Positions 45,781-55,869 of a stretch of DNA of 64,000 bases are shown here, piece after piece. The position numbers and the translations under genes are program-made. Origin of the DNA: Selaginella moellendorffii (Eukaryota > Plantae > Lycopodiophyta); NCBI RefSeq assembly GCF_000143415.4, contig NW_003314266.1, positions 2,757,745 to 2,821,744 of the forward strand, in the 5' to 3' direction. The notes under the pieces are model-generated. The model had not been told where the DNA came from. It made no database searches and saw nothing but the letters and a program-made list of their open reading frames with translations. Numbering within the stretch: position 1 is the stretch's first letter; each line of letters opens with the position of its first letter.

Positions 45781-46375
45781 GATCTAAACCTTCTTCCAAA
45801 ATGCCCATAGAAGAATCAAAGCGAGTGATGACAAACGGCCACGCAGCTAAAATTTCTCCACTCTTTGCAGAGGTCAGAGCTGCCAGCCACACCAGGAAGG
45901 GAACAAAAAAAATAGAACTAGATGGAAGAAGAGAGAAGAGCTCTAATAATTAGGGGTTATAGCAGTGATGGTAGATTTTGAATGGCGAAGAATGGCGCCT
46001 TCTCGCCCTCCTCCTCGCGGCCATTGATCGCAGCCTCGTCCTCTTGTGCCCGTGGCGCTCGCTTCCAACGTCTCTAAGATCGGCGCTGCCTCCGGGATCG
46101 ATAGCCGCTGGAGTCGCTGCGATCCGGTAAGTTCTTCCCTTCCACGGCCGAAATTTTGGGATTCCCTGCCCGCATTGGCTTGATCCGATCTTCCAAGTCG
46201 GGGTTTTTGTAGGCTTTCTTTGTCTCATTGGCTTGGTCTGGCTTGATTCGATCATCCAAGCGAGGGTTCTAGGATACAGTTCTTTTGATGCTTGCAAAGC
46301 CGTGGCTTTTGTATTTTTCTCTCGATCTTTGAGAGGTTTTTGATCTTTTTCTTTCTTTGCTTGCGAAGCCCAGCG

Positions 46376-47770
46376 ATGGCGTCCAAGCTTCTCACCGCAT
46401 GGCGCAAGAGGAAACGCACTAAGAGCACTGATGAGTATGCATGTAAGCGTTTTTTTTTCTTTGTTCTTTCTTTTTGTTCTTCTCAATGCTTCTCGACGCA
46501 GGGCCGCCAAAGTCACTCGAGTTTTGGGAGGACGTTCCTCCTCCTCCACTGTTGAGGCCCGCGGCCATCCCTGCCGTGGTCTTCACTTTGAGAGAAATGC
46601 TCCAAGCCACGAACAACTTTAGCTACGATAACTTCATCGGCGAAGGAGGCTTTGGTCGTGTCTATCGAGGAGTTTTGAGAACTGGAAAGGTCTGTAAGTT
46701 CTTCTAGGTGTCCTTTCTCTCACTCTAGTTTTTTCTTTTCTGTGAAACAGCCCGTGGCCATCAAGCAGATGGATCCAACTTTAAGCCGAGGCACACAAGG
46801 CGAGCGAGAGTTCCGGGTGGAAGTCGACCTTCTAAGTCGGCTCAGCCACCCCAGCCTTGTGAGGCTGATCGGCTACTGTGCCGATAGAAAGCAGAGAATG
46901 CTGGTGTACGAGTTCATGACTCAAGGAAGTCTTCAAGAACACTTGCACGGTATGGTAGTACAGTTGCCAATAATTTGGTGTTTATAGAGTTTGCCTCTTT
47001 CAGGGATTGTGCGGATAAAGATGAACTGGCAAGTCCGTATTCGTATTGCCCTTGGCTCAGCTAGAGCTCTAGAATACCTCCACGCTGGACCTGCGACTGG
47101 CAATCCCATCATCCATCGGGATTTCAAGTCGAGTAACATACTTCTTGATGAGACCTTCCAAGCGAAGGTGGGCCTGGTTTCTTCGTCACGCTCACGGCAG
47201 TCCTACTTTTCTTTGTGATTCAGGTGTCAGATTTTGGTCTTGCAAAGCTTGTTCCGCATGGAAACAAAACGTATGTGAGCACGAGGGTACTGGGAACTTT
47301 TGGTTATTTCGATCCACACTACACGGCAGTAAGACTTGGTTTTTGAAAGACACTTTCCAATCCGTGGTCTCGCAGACAGGGAGGCTTACGCTGAAGAGTG
47401 ATGTCTATGCGTTTGGTGTTGTGCTGCTGGAGCTTCTTACTGGAAGGCGGCCGGTGGATTCGGCACACAGCTTTACAAAACAGAACTTAGTTTTTCAGGT
47501 AAGTTAAACACAAGCGGCTTCATGTCAGGCTTTTTACCTGCACTGTCACAGGTGCGAGACAGTTTACGGGACAGCAGGAAGTTAAAGAAGATAATTGACC
47601 CCGAAATATCGTTGGAATCGTGCTCGTGGGAATCCATCAAGAGATTCGCGATGCTGGCCTACTGCTGCGTGCGTGACGACGATACCCGGCGTCCGACGAT
47701 GGGAGAATGCGTTGCAGAGTTGGAACAGCTCTATCTTCTAATCCTGTTCTACAGGAGAGCCGCAACGTGA
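46376..47770 (+). CDS. Receptor-like cytoplasmic kinase (RLCK-VIII / PBL28-like)
   Basis: [18 protein letters not shown]-terminus, [48 protein letters not shown] and [10 protein letters not shown]. Multi-exon. Confidence 0.9.
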
Positions 47771-47955
47771 AACTTCTCAGTCAGGTACCTTGCCATTTTC
47801 AAATGGCTCATTCCATTTCTAAGATCTGTATACAGGGACAGGGACATAAAACAAAACCAAAAAAGAGAAGAGAAGAACGATAGGAAGCAGCTCTGTACAT
47901 TCTGCACTGACAATTTCTTCATCTTCACGTCGACACTCGCGAGCATGCGACCGGT

Positions 47956-48898
47956 TCATGAGAGAGGTGACCGCTGCGGCTGGCCTTTCCTGCGCTGCTT
48001 GGAAGACCGTGGCGACTCGCAGTGCTTCTGCGGCGTCAGCGGCTCCACGGTGTTGTTGACATCCGCCGCCAGCGACGATATCCCAGAATGCTGCGGGCTG
48101 TGGGGGACGAGCACAGAGATCGGGGAAGGCGGAACGTCGGCAAAAGTGGCCTGCTCCTCATCGCCATCGCTGTCCACGGTGGTGCTCGACTGCTGCCGCG
48201 GGCTGTCCATCTTGCGCTTCTTGATCGGCACCTGGGCCTTCTTCCCGGCCTTGGAAATCTTCTGCTCGTCCGTGAGACCCTCAACCGCCATGGACTTGAC
48301 AAGCACAGGCTCGTCCTCGAAGCAGCAAGTCCTCGACGTCCGTGGTCCCGGAGACGAAGAAGCCGCTACTCCAGCAGGGACAGGGACAGGAGCGGGGGAA
48401 GACGAAGCGGCGGTGCCGGGTGCATGCTGCGAGAGCTCGCCGTGAGAAGGAACAGGAACATGAAGCGGAAGAGCCAGGGAGACCGAGGGATTGATACGAG
48501 CAGCGGCCAACTTACAGCTGATGGAGCAGAAGCAAGTGGGATCCGTGAGCGTCCGGTTGCAGTTCTGGCACCAGTGCGTGGCGGCCTTGGCGATCCGGTC
48601 CTGCGGCCTGCTGAGGAGGAAGACGATCTTGGCGCTGTTGATGGTGTAAGTCTGGATGTTGGAGATGTCGGCCAACTTTTGGATGTCGTGGACCCGGACA
48701 GCGTCCATGTGTGACGCGCGGCGGACTTGCAAGCTCCGGTGGTTTGCATGCTCGGTCTGGAGGCCAATGTGGCACATCGGCCCGTCCAGGACGCAGTCGA
48801 TGCAGAAGTGATTGCGCTCGTTCTTGCTCGACGCGTGCTTGAGGCACTGCGAGAAGTAGTTCCCGGTGAGGAAATGCGGCAGCCAGCTCGGGCCTTCT

Positions 48899-48933
<35 letters not shown>

Positions 48934-48999
48934 CGGGGAAGAATGAGAAGCCGGCGGTGAGGCGGAGGAGGAGGAGGATTGCTCGAGGGCGGAAGCCAT
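47956..48999 (-). CDS. PLATZ zinc-binding transcription factor
   Basis: CLKH..KNERNHFCIDC..H..H..LQVRR, DIS.IQTYTINSAKIVFL..RPQ, C..C.R.L.D..FCS..CK and C-terminal RRKGQPQRSPL. Intronless. Confidence 0.92.
48901..48936. repeat. (CGG)n coding microsatellite (poly-Pro in PLATZ)
   Basis: cggcggcggc... run. Confidence 0.9.
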
Positions 49000-49139
49000 C
49001 GCCAGCAAGAAGAGCAATGCAGGGGTTTTGGAGATGACCCACAAGAACCCAATGCCGGCCGAGACGATCCAAGCAAGAGCGCAACCAAGAGCGCAAGAGA
49101 AAAGAAGAGACCAAGCTCCAAAGCCCAGCGCTCTCGCTC

Positions 49140-49196
49140 GAAGAAGAAGAAGAAGAAGAAGACGAGGAAGAAGGAAGGAAGGAAGGAAGGAAGGAA
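49140..49196. repeat. (AAG)n/(GGAA)n microsatellite in the PLATZ leader
   Basis: gaagaagaag...ggaaggaaggaa. Confidence 0.9.
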
Positions 49197-49615
49197 GCGC
49201 TCTAAGACTCAAACCTCGCGGAGTGGAATCGCGCTACTACTACTCGGCGGCGATCAATGCCTTGCGCTACAAGCCAGGAAGATCGTCATAAACGCGCGAG
49301 GCAAGGATTTTTTTTTGTGCGCTCTCCTTTCAGGAAGATCGAGGAGAAAGACATGAAAAAGAGGAAGAAAGCCTCTCTCTTTCCTTTTTTTTTTTTCTCT
49401 TCTAAGAGGGAATTGAGAGCTCTCTCTCGAAGTTTACCTCTCTAGGCTACAATAGAAACAACCAACATGCTTCCAGGGTGAGTGAACGTGTCCTTGTTAT
49501 GGACATGTGTCTCTCGCTCCACTGGTTTCCCAACTGGGAGAGGCTCTAAGGACAGTGTCCTTAGCAAAGCCGGGCCTTGCCGCCTTGGACGCGCTGACGT
49601 GTCCGCCGCCGCGGC

Positions 49616-51049
49616 ATGCCACGCTGGACGACCGTCCCCCGCGAGAGCTCACACTGCATTTTAGGGTTCTTGGCGCGCATGGCGGTGGATCCGCCCGGGC
49701 GGCGCCGCGGCGAGGCGAATTCCTACGCCGCGATGCTGCGCAAGTGCTCCGCGCTGTCGCAGGTGAAGTGGGTGCACAGGATCGTGGCGGAGGATGGGTG
49801 GGAGGATGATACCTTCGTGGCGAATTTCCTGATCCAGATGTATGGGCGCTGCGGCGGCGCGCAGGAGGCGGCGAAGGTGTTTGAGAAGCTGCCGCGGCGA
49901 AATCAATTCTCCTGGAATATCATGCTAGCGGCATTTGCCCAGAATGGGCATTTGCAGGAGGCGCGGGAGATCTTTGATCGGTCGCCGCACAGGAATGTGG
50001 TGACTTGGAATGCGATGATGGCTGCGTATGCGATGGCTGGGCGGATCCGAGAGGCCGAGATCGTCTTCAAGAAGATGCCCCAGCGGGATCTCATCTCGTG
50101 GAACTCGATGCTCACTGCATATGCCCAGCACGGTTATTTTGAGGAGGCTTTGCGGCTCTTTGCGGCGATGGATCTCGAGCCCGACAGCGTGACTTTCCTT
50201 TGTGTTCTTGAGGCCTGCGGCGAGATCGGTCAGGAAAGATCCCAGTGCAGGCTTCTTCATTCGAGGGTCTCGAATTGCGGGCTGGAGATGGAGCTTAAGA
50301 TCAGCACCGCGCTGATCGACATGTATGGGAAGTGCTCCAGCCCCGAGGACGCCAGGGACGTGTTCTGGAGGATCAGCGACACCGCCCAGGACCTCGCGCT
50401 CTGGAACGCGATGATCTCGGCTCACGCCAAGAACCGCCAAGTTCGCGAGGCTCTCCATCTCTTCTCGCTGCTCGATCTCCAAGGAGCGAGGCCAAACGAC
50501 TCCACGCTGGTAAGCATTCTAGACTCCGCCGCTAGCTCCTCGGATCTAAATCATGCCAGGTTCGTGCAAGGCGTCGTGGAGGAGTGTGACGAGGCGCTGA
50601 GCGTGGACGTGAAGAACGCGATCATCGGCATGTACAAGCGGTGCGGCAGCATCGAGAACGCGAGGAGGGTGTTCGTCCGGATCGAGAACAAGGACACGGT
50701 GTCGTGGAACTCGATCATCGCGGCCTACGCCGACTTGGGCGATTGCAAGGAGGCGATCGAGCTGTTCGAGCTCATGAGTTTGGAGGGATTTGAGCCGAGC
50801 AGGGCGACGTATCTCAGTGTTCTTGGGGCGTGTAGCCACGCGGGGCTGGTCAAGGAAGGGGTGGAGGTGTTCGCGAGCATGGTGGAGTTTGGAGTGGTGC
50901 CGACGAGGGAGCACTTTAGCTGCATGGTGGATTTGTTTGGGAGGGGAGGATGGGTGGCGGAGGCACACGAGGTGTTTAGCAAAGGTCCCTTGAGGCCCAG
51001 CGTTACCGCTTGGAGGGCCTTGTGTGGAGCGTTTGTCCAGCAACATTAA
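49616..51049 (+). CDS. PLS-class PPR protein with truncated E domain
   Basis: Intronless P/L/S repeats ending ACSHAGLV..FSCMVDLFGRGG..WRALCGA then a stop. Alternative ATG at 49679. Confidence 0.88.
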   Translation: MPRWTTVPRESSHCILGFLARMAVDPPGRRRGEANSYAAMLRKCSALSQVKWVHRIVAEDGWEDDTFVANFLIQMYGRCGGAQEAAKVFEKLPRRNQFSWNIMLAAFAQNGHLQEAREIFDRSPHRNVVTWNAMMAAYAMAGRIREAEIVFKKMPQRDLISWNSMLTAYAQHGYFEEALRLFAAMDLEPDSVTFLCVLEACGEIGQERSQCRLLHSRVSNCGLEMELKISTALIDMYGKCSSPEDARDVFWRISDTAQDLALWNAMISAHAKNRQVREALHLFSLLDLQGARPNDSTLVSILDSAASSSDLNHARFVQGVVEECDEALSVDVKNAIIGMYKRCGSIENARRVFVRIENKDTVSWNSIIAAYADLGDCKEAIELFELMSLEGFEPSRATYLSVLGACSHAGLVKEGVEVFASMVEFGVVPTREHFSCMVDLFGRGGWVAEAHEVFSKGPLRPSVTAWRALCGAFVQQH

Positions 51050-51094
51050 TTTTTTGTTTTTTTTTTTTTTTTCAATTTTGTGTAAAAAGGAAAT

Positions 51095-51420
51095 ATAACT
51101 TAAAGGTATAAAGTTCAAACAAATTACCCACACTGTATCCATTTCTTGTAGATTCAAATTGTAATCTTTGATGACCAAAAGAAAATTGTTTTTTGTGAGA
51201 CTATAAGAGAGAAAATACTAAGTTTTTTTAACGTACCATGCTGTATTTTTTATAAAAATTACGAATTAAATACTTGAAGGTATAAAGCTCAATAAATACA
51301 ACATGAAATACCCACCAGCATGATTGTAAGCTTTCATGACCACCCAGCAAAAAATCTTCTTTTATAAGACTATAAGAGAGAAAATACTAATGTTTTTCAA
51401 CATGGTATGCTGTATTATTG
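51095..51420. repeat. ~175-bp AT-rich tandem duplication
   Basis: AAGGTATAAAG...AGACTATAAGAGA..AAAATACTAA...ATGCTGTATT occurs twice. Confidence 0.75.
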
Positions 51421-51533
51421 ATCTAATATTTAATATTTCACAATTAGAATTCTAGAATATACTCCAAAATATGCCTGAATATTCTCTGAGCTTACGACAA
51501 GAGATAAAGTAGTTTTTCCTGTTCTTTTGGTTT

Positions 51534-51773
51534 CTACACGACTGAATTTGGGCCTCTGGGAGGACCGCGCGATGAGATGGGCTCTTTCTTCTTTTTCTTC
51601 GCCATGAGCACACTGGTGTTAATCCCTCGCTCTTGCGAAGTAGATTCCACCTTGGAGGATCCACAAGAGAAGAGGTTTCTTACCGCCGATGCCATGAAAT
51701 TCTCCTTGACCGCTTGCGAGATGCGGCCCAGCAGCGAAGGTTTCTCCTCCAAATCCTCCTCCTTCGCTGCCAT
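51534..51773 (-). CDS. 79-aa small protein, PROPEP-like precursor candidate
   Basis: ATG-started ORF with no signal peptide, an acidic start, AVRNLFSCG and a basic C-terminus KKKKKEPISSRGPPRGPNSVV. Confidence 0.5.
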   Translation of the reverse strand: MAAKEEDLEEKPSLLGRISQAVKENFMASAVRNLFSCGSSKVESTSQERGINTSVLMAKKKKKEPISSRGPPRGPNSVV

Positions 51774-52809
51774 CTATCCAATCGCAAATTTCACTCCGCT
51801 CACACAAAAGACTCTGCTCGCGAGTCGCGATCCCCTGACTGGCTTTTGACAGTGCTGCCTGGGTATTAAAGCCGCCACGTACGAAAAAGAGAACCTTGGT
51901 ACGGAAAGAAACTCTGCCTCTTCTTCTCCTTGTCTTATGGATTTCCACCACATCCACAAATATGACTGTCTGAACCGTCCAGACCCTCTGCAAATGAGCC
52001 TCAAGCTCCTGCAAATTTATACGTGAAATGTGGAGACATGGAGGCAGCGGAGAAAGACTTTGACGAGTTGACCGGCACAAGGTATACTTTCGTACAATTC
52101 CCATGTCCATCTGGTTGAGAGATCGGATTCATGACAATAACAAGTTAATCATGGTCTTCCATATTTGATAATCAAATAGTATACAAAATCAATACCACAA
52201 TTGAAGTCTGGAGTTGAGAGATGGAAGCGTTTAACATTCTTGTCAGTGTTTTCGTTGCATGCATGCATCCCGACGTCTCAAGTTTGTGAATCCAACTCTT
52301 AGCACAGTACAAGGCCTGTTTGTTTTTGGGACTCAGCCTTAGATGCCGGTGAGAGCTTAGTCCCTCTGCCATCGACTTCCATTCTCTCAGTTGGCTGTTC
52401 CCGGCCCTTTTTTTGCTTGCTGCTTCTTGCTTCTCCAACCCTAAGTTCTAAGCTCCAGTTAAGGGAAAAGAGAAACAAAAGTGAAAGAATCCCCAAGAGA
52501 CCGCAACGCAACCTGAAAATCCAAGAGCGTCGGTGTCTCAAATTGCTATAGTACCTGGGCCTCTTCTTCCATTCGGATATTGCCGCTCAACAAAAAAAAC
52601 AGGAGTTTTTTTATACCTTTATAAGATGTTGAAGCTCTTGGAAAGGCTTATTTATGGTCATATTAAATCATTTGTCCGGGTGAACGAGGAACAATACTCG
52701 AGAAAAGAACGATATAAATAACACAAAGAGCGCATTCAACCTCAATACTGTAGGCATGAAGAAGATACCCGTCAAATCGCTCAGCTTCATTCCCAATTAA
52801 AAGGATTTC

Positions 52810-53355
52810 AGGCTTTTTTCTAAATGCAAAACCTATAGAATACAGAAATCTATCGTAAGAACTTTGACTTGAGCAAAACTAACAGCATTTGCTAGCGCCT
52901 TAAACTCTTCTAAGGTTAGCTCCTTCCCTTCAACATAAGCTAGCATGTTGCTTGTTAAGTGCAAATCTAGAGCCAAAGCTGTGGTTGTGCCAGATGCGTC
53001 CACCACCACCACCTTTCCACTACTCGGCAGTGATCAGCAGAGTGATGCATGTTTCATCCTTCCAATCGTGCAAAATAAACTATATAAAGATCAAATATGA
53101 GTGTTTCATATCCCAAATCACAAGCTCACCTTCATAAAAATAGCATCACCCGGTTGAACTTTATCAAACATATCACTGCTCACATTCTCCACTCCTGAAT
53201 CCAAAAGAAGTTGCATAGAAGTAATGAATCAAATCAGAGCTTACCCGGGAGAGCTGGAGCCTTAGATATAACATGAGGCAAACTGAAATCAATCCCCTTG
53301 ATTCCTTGGTGGCAACCGAGAAGAACTCTTAAGCTGTTTCCAATACCTCCACTTG
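52810..53355 (-). pseudogene. Plant class II (COMT-type) O-methyltransferase C-terminal remnant
   Basis: Manual translation gives GGIGNSL..IKGIDFSLPHVISKAPALP|GVENVSSDMFDKVQPGDAIFMK|FILHDWKDETC..LPSSGKVVVVD..GKELTLEEFKALA, with introns at canonical COMT positions, a frameshift and a stop. Confidence 0.85.
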
Positions 53356-53686
53356 CAAGCAGTGGAGCTATCGTATCGGATCAAACCATGCGCAGCCAGA
53401 TTGGTGGGGAGGATCATAATTGTTTAGCGTTTACATTAACTTTCATGGGTGATATGATGAATTTTCCGATCTTTGTAACGCGAAATATCCCGGAACGCTT
53501 GACCGGCTGCTGTCGGTGGAGCGACCGGCCCAGCCGGTGGACAAGCACCACCGTTGATGGGGACTCTATGATTCGAATTTGGGGGGCCAGGATTAACCCT
53601 GGCGAATGCGCGAGCATCGCCACGCGCCGCTGTCACCGCCATGTAGCCCCGGCCCGATCGATCTGTTTGCGCTCGCTCAGTCAGTC

Positions 53687-55830
53687 ATGGATCCGTGGCG
53701 TGAGTCTCAGGCTCGCGAGGTGGGTGCTGTCGAGTCCCAGCTTCTCTTGGCGGAGTCCCTCTCGGTGGTGCTAGATCCAAGGATCCGCCTTTGATCCAGG
53801 GGTAGCAGCAGGATCTAGGTCCAGGTCAATCACAGGATCAGGATCTAGATCCAGGTCAATGAGCAGGATCTAGATCCAGGTCAATGAGCAGGATCTTGAT
53901 CAGGGGTAGCAGCAGGATCTAGATCCAGTTCAATGAACAGGATCTTGCTCAGGGGTAGCAGCAGATCTAGATCCTCGTTTTTGCAGACATGGTGGAGCTT
54001 TTGGATAATGCCATTGTCAAGGTATGTTCTGTCATTGTGCTTGGTGCTTGAACAGGAAAGTTAAACTCTTGCTTCCTTTTTTCTTTTGTTTTCATAAGGA
54101 ACTGTGCCACTTTCATCGAGATCGACAAAGTCACCAATTTTCGCGACAGAAGCCCAGGTCTTCTTCTCTCCCAACTCTATCAGCCAGTGTAAGTCTTGTC
54201 GCAGTTTTTTTTTTTAGTTAGTTCCAGCGATGTTACTTGCAGTTCGAGGAGGAGGAGGAGGAGATGATCCAGCCGCTTTCAAATTCCACAAGGTTTGCAC
54301 CACAGGACACGCTCCAGCGTCACTGGGACGTGAGCGGTGCTTTCAGGCCGATCAGGGATGGTCTAGGGATTCCCACGGGCTTCTTCCTGACGAGGAGGAG
54401 GAGCCCGGATGATCTCGCCCCATGATCCGTGGAGTAGCATCGACTGGCTCTGGCACGACCCCAGTATCACCGAGAGTGTGATGACGAGCGTGAAGAGGAG
54501 GATGCCGATGGTAAAGGTGGATAAAAATATATAGGCAAGAGACGTTGGAGTATAAAAGGTAAGGGTTAAATTTCCTTACACAAAGAAGTAAGCTTTTGTT
54601 CCAGGGCATTTTGTTCCAGGAGCGACTGAGCTGGGAGCGCCAAAGCCCTAGGCAATGGGGAAGGGTGCTATCGGAAGAGGAAGAGCGCTATCGGAAGAGC
54701 GCTATTGGAAGCCGGAGATGGAAATGGAGCTGGAGCGTGCAATCCAGGTGAAAATGGAGCAGCAGCAGAAGGTAGAGGTAAATCTAGGTCGACTTTCATG
54801 GAGCTTAATGCTTTCCGAGCAGGAGCCGGAGCTCACCCTTGTGGAGGAGCAGGAGCCGAAGGTAACCCTTGTGGAGGAGCAAGAGCTCACCGTTGAGAAG
54901 CCCAAACGCATCCTGGAGGTAAATTGTAGATTGCAGGGAAACAAACTCACATATGGTTTAGGAGTTGGAGGAGACTGTAGAAAAACCGGAGTGCGTCCAC
55001 AAAATCGATGAGGTGGGTGATAGATTGCATGCATTTGATGAAGCTCATATATGATTTCGTTTCAGCTGCAGGTAAAGGAGTTGGAGGAGTTTGAGGAGCA
55101 GCAGAAGCTCCAACTCCAGCTCAAGTACTTGAAAAGTCTAGTGGACGTTTTGGATGACATGTGTGTGCTATTCTACAATGTGAGTTATATTTGAATTATT
55201 TGAGTTGACACTTATAGCTACTTTTCTAGGCTGAAAACTCCTCAGAGGAGCTACAAACTATCAAGGCATGCGTTGAGACAACATCACAAGGTATCTGGGC
55301 GTTAATGAAGCATGAGATGAAGGACAGTGAGAAGATGGCTCAAACAGCTGACAGGATTATCAACGGTTATAAAGAAACCAAAGACAAGGTATTATAAAAT
55401 GTTTTAAACTTTTAATGTTAAAGTGATATGCAGAAAATCCTTCTGGAGGAAATCCTGGCCCAAATGCAAAGGCAACTAAAAAACTTGGAGGCGTCAAAGC
55501 TGCAGGTGAAAACACATTTAAAGTTCTTTAAAATTTACACTTCTTTATTTGCTTTTTCAGACAGTGGACCCAAGGCATACAACCTCTCAGCTGCGTCTGA
55601 AGGAAGCCATTGAGAGATTGACTACAAGAAATGGAATTCTTTCAAATGTAAAGCACGTGAAGCAGCTTCAAGACGAATACTACGCAATTACTAGAGAGCT
55701 GCGGGGGTTTTATGCGTCTTGTCGTGCTGCTAAGAAAAAACGCACTCTTTGTAAGTATTTTTTAAGCTAATTGAGAGATCTCTAACGTTTTTTTTTTTTT
55801 TTTTTCCTTTCAGAGTTAGAATGATATGTA
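53687..55830 (+). pseudogene. Degenerate multi-exon acidic/coiled-coil gene of unknown family
   Basis: Short GT-AG introns separate Glu/Gln-rich exons (EMELERAIQVKMEQQQK, EQEPELTLVE repeats, KILLEEILAQMQRQLKNLE). Stops and internal repeats are present. Confidence 0.4.
53771..53975. repeat. Minisatellite of ~25-bp GCAGGATCTAGATCCAGGTCAATGA-like units
   Basis: Head-to-tail degenerate copies with no unique spacers. Confidence 0.85.
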
Positions 55831-55869
55831 TTTCTGTTGTTTAATCTATCTATAACTATTTTTTTTTAA

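Noticed and set aside
51850-52560. Short minus-strand ORFs upstream of the 79-aa gene
   Set aside because: No recognisable motifs and no consistent exon chain.
53771-53975. CRISPR-like short repeats
   Set aside because: Head-to-tail degenerate units with no unique spacers, in a eukaryotic context with no cas genes.
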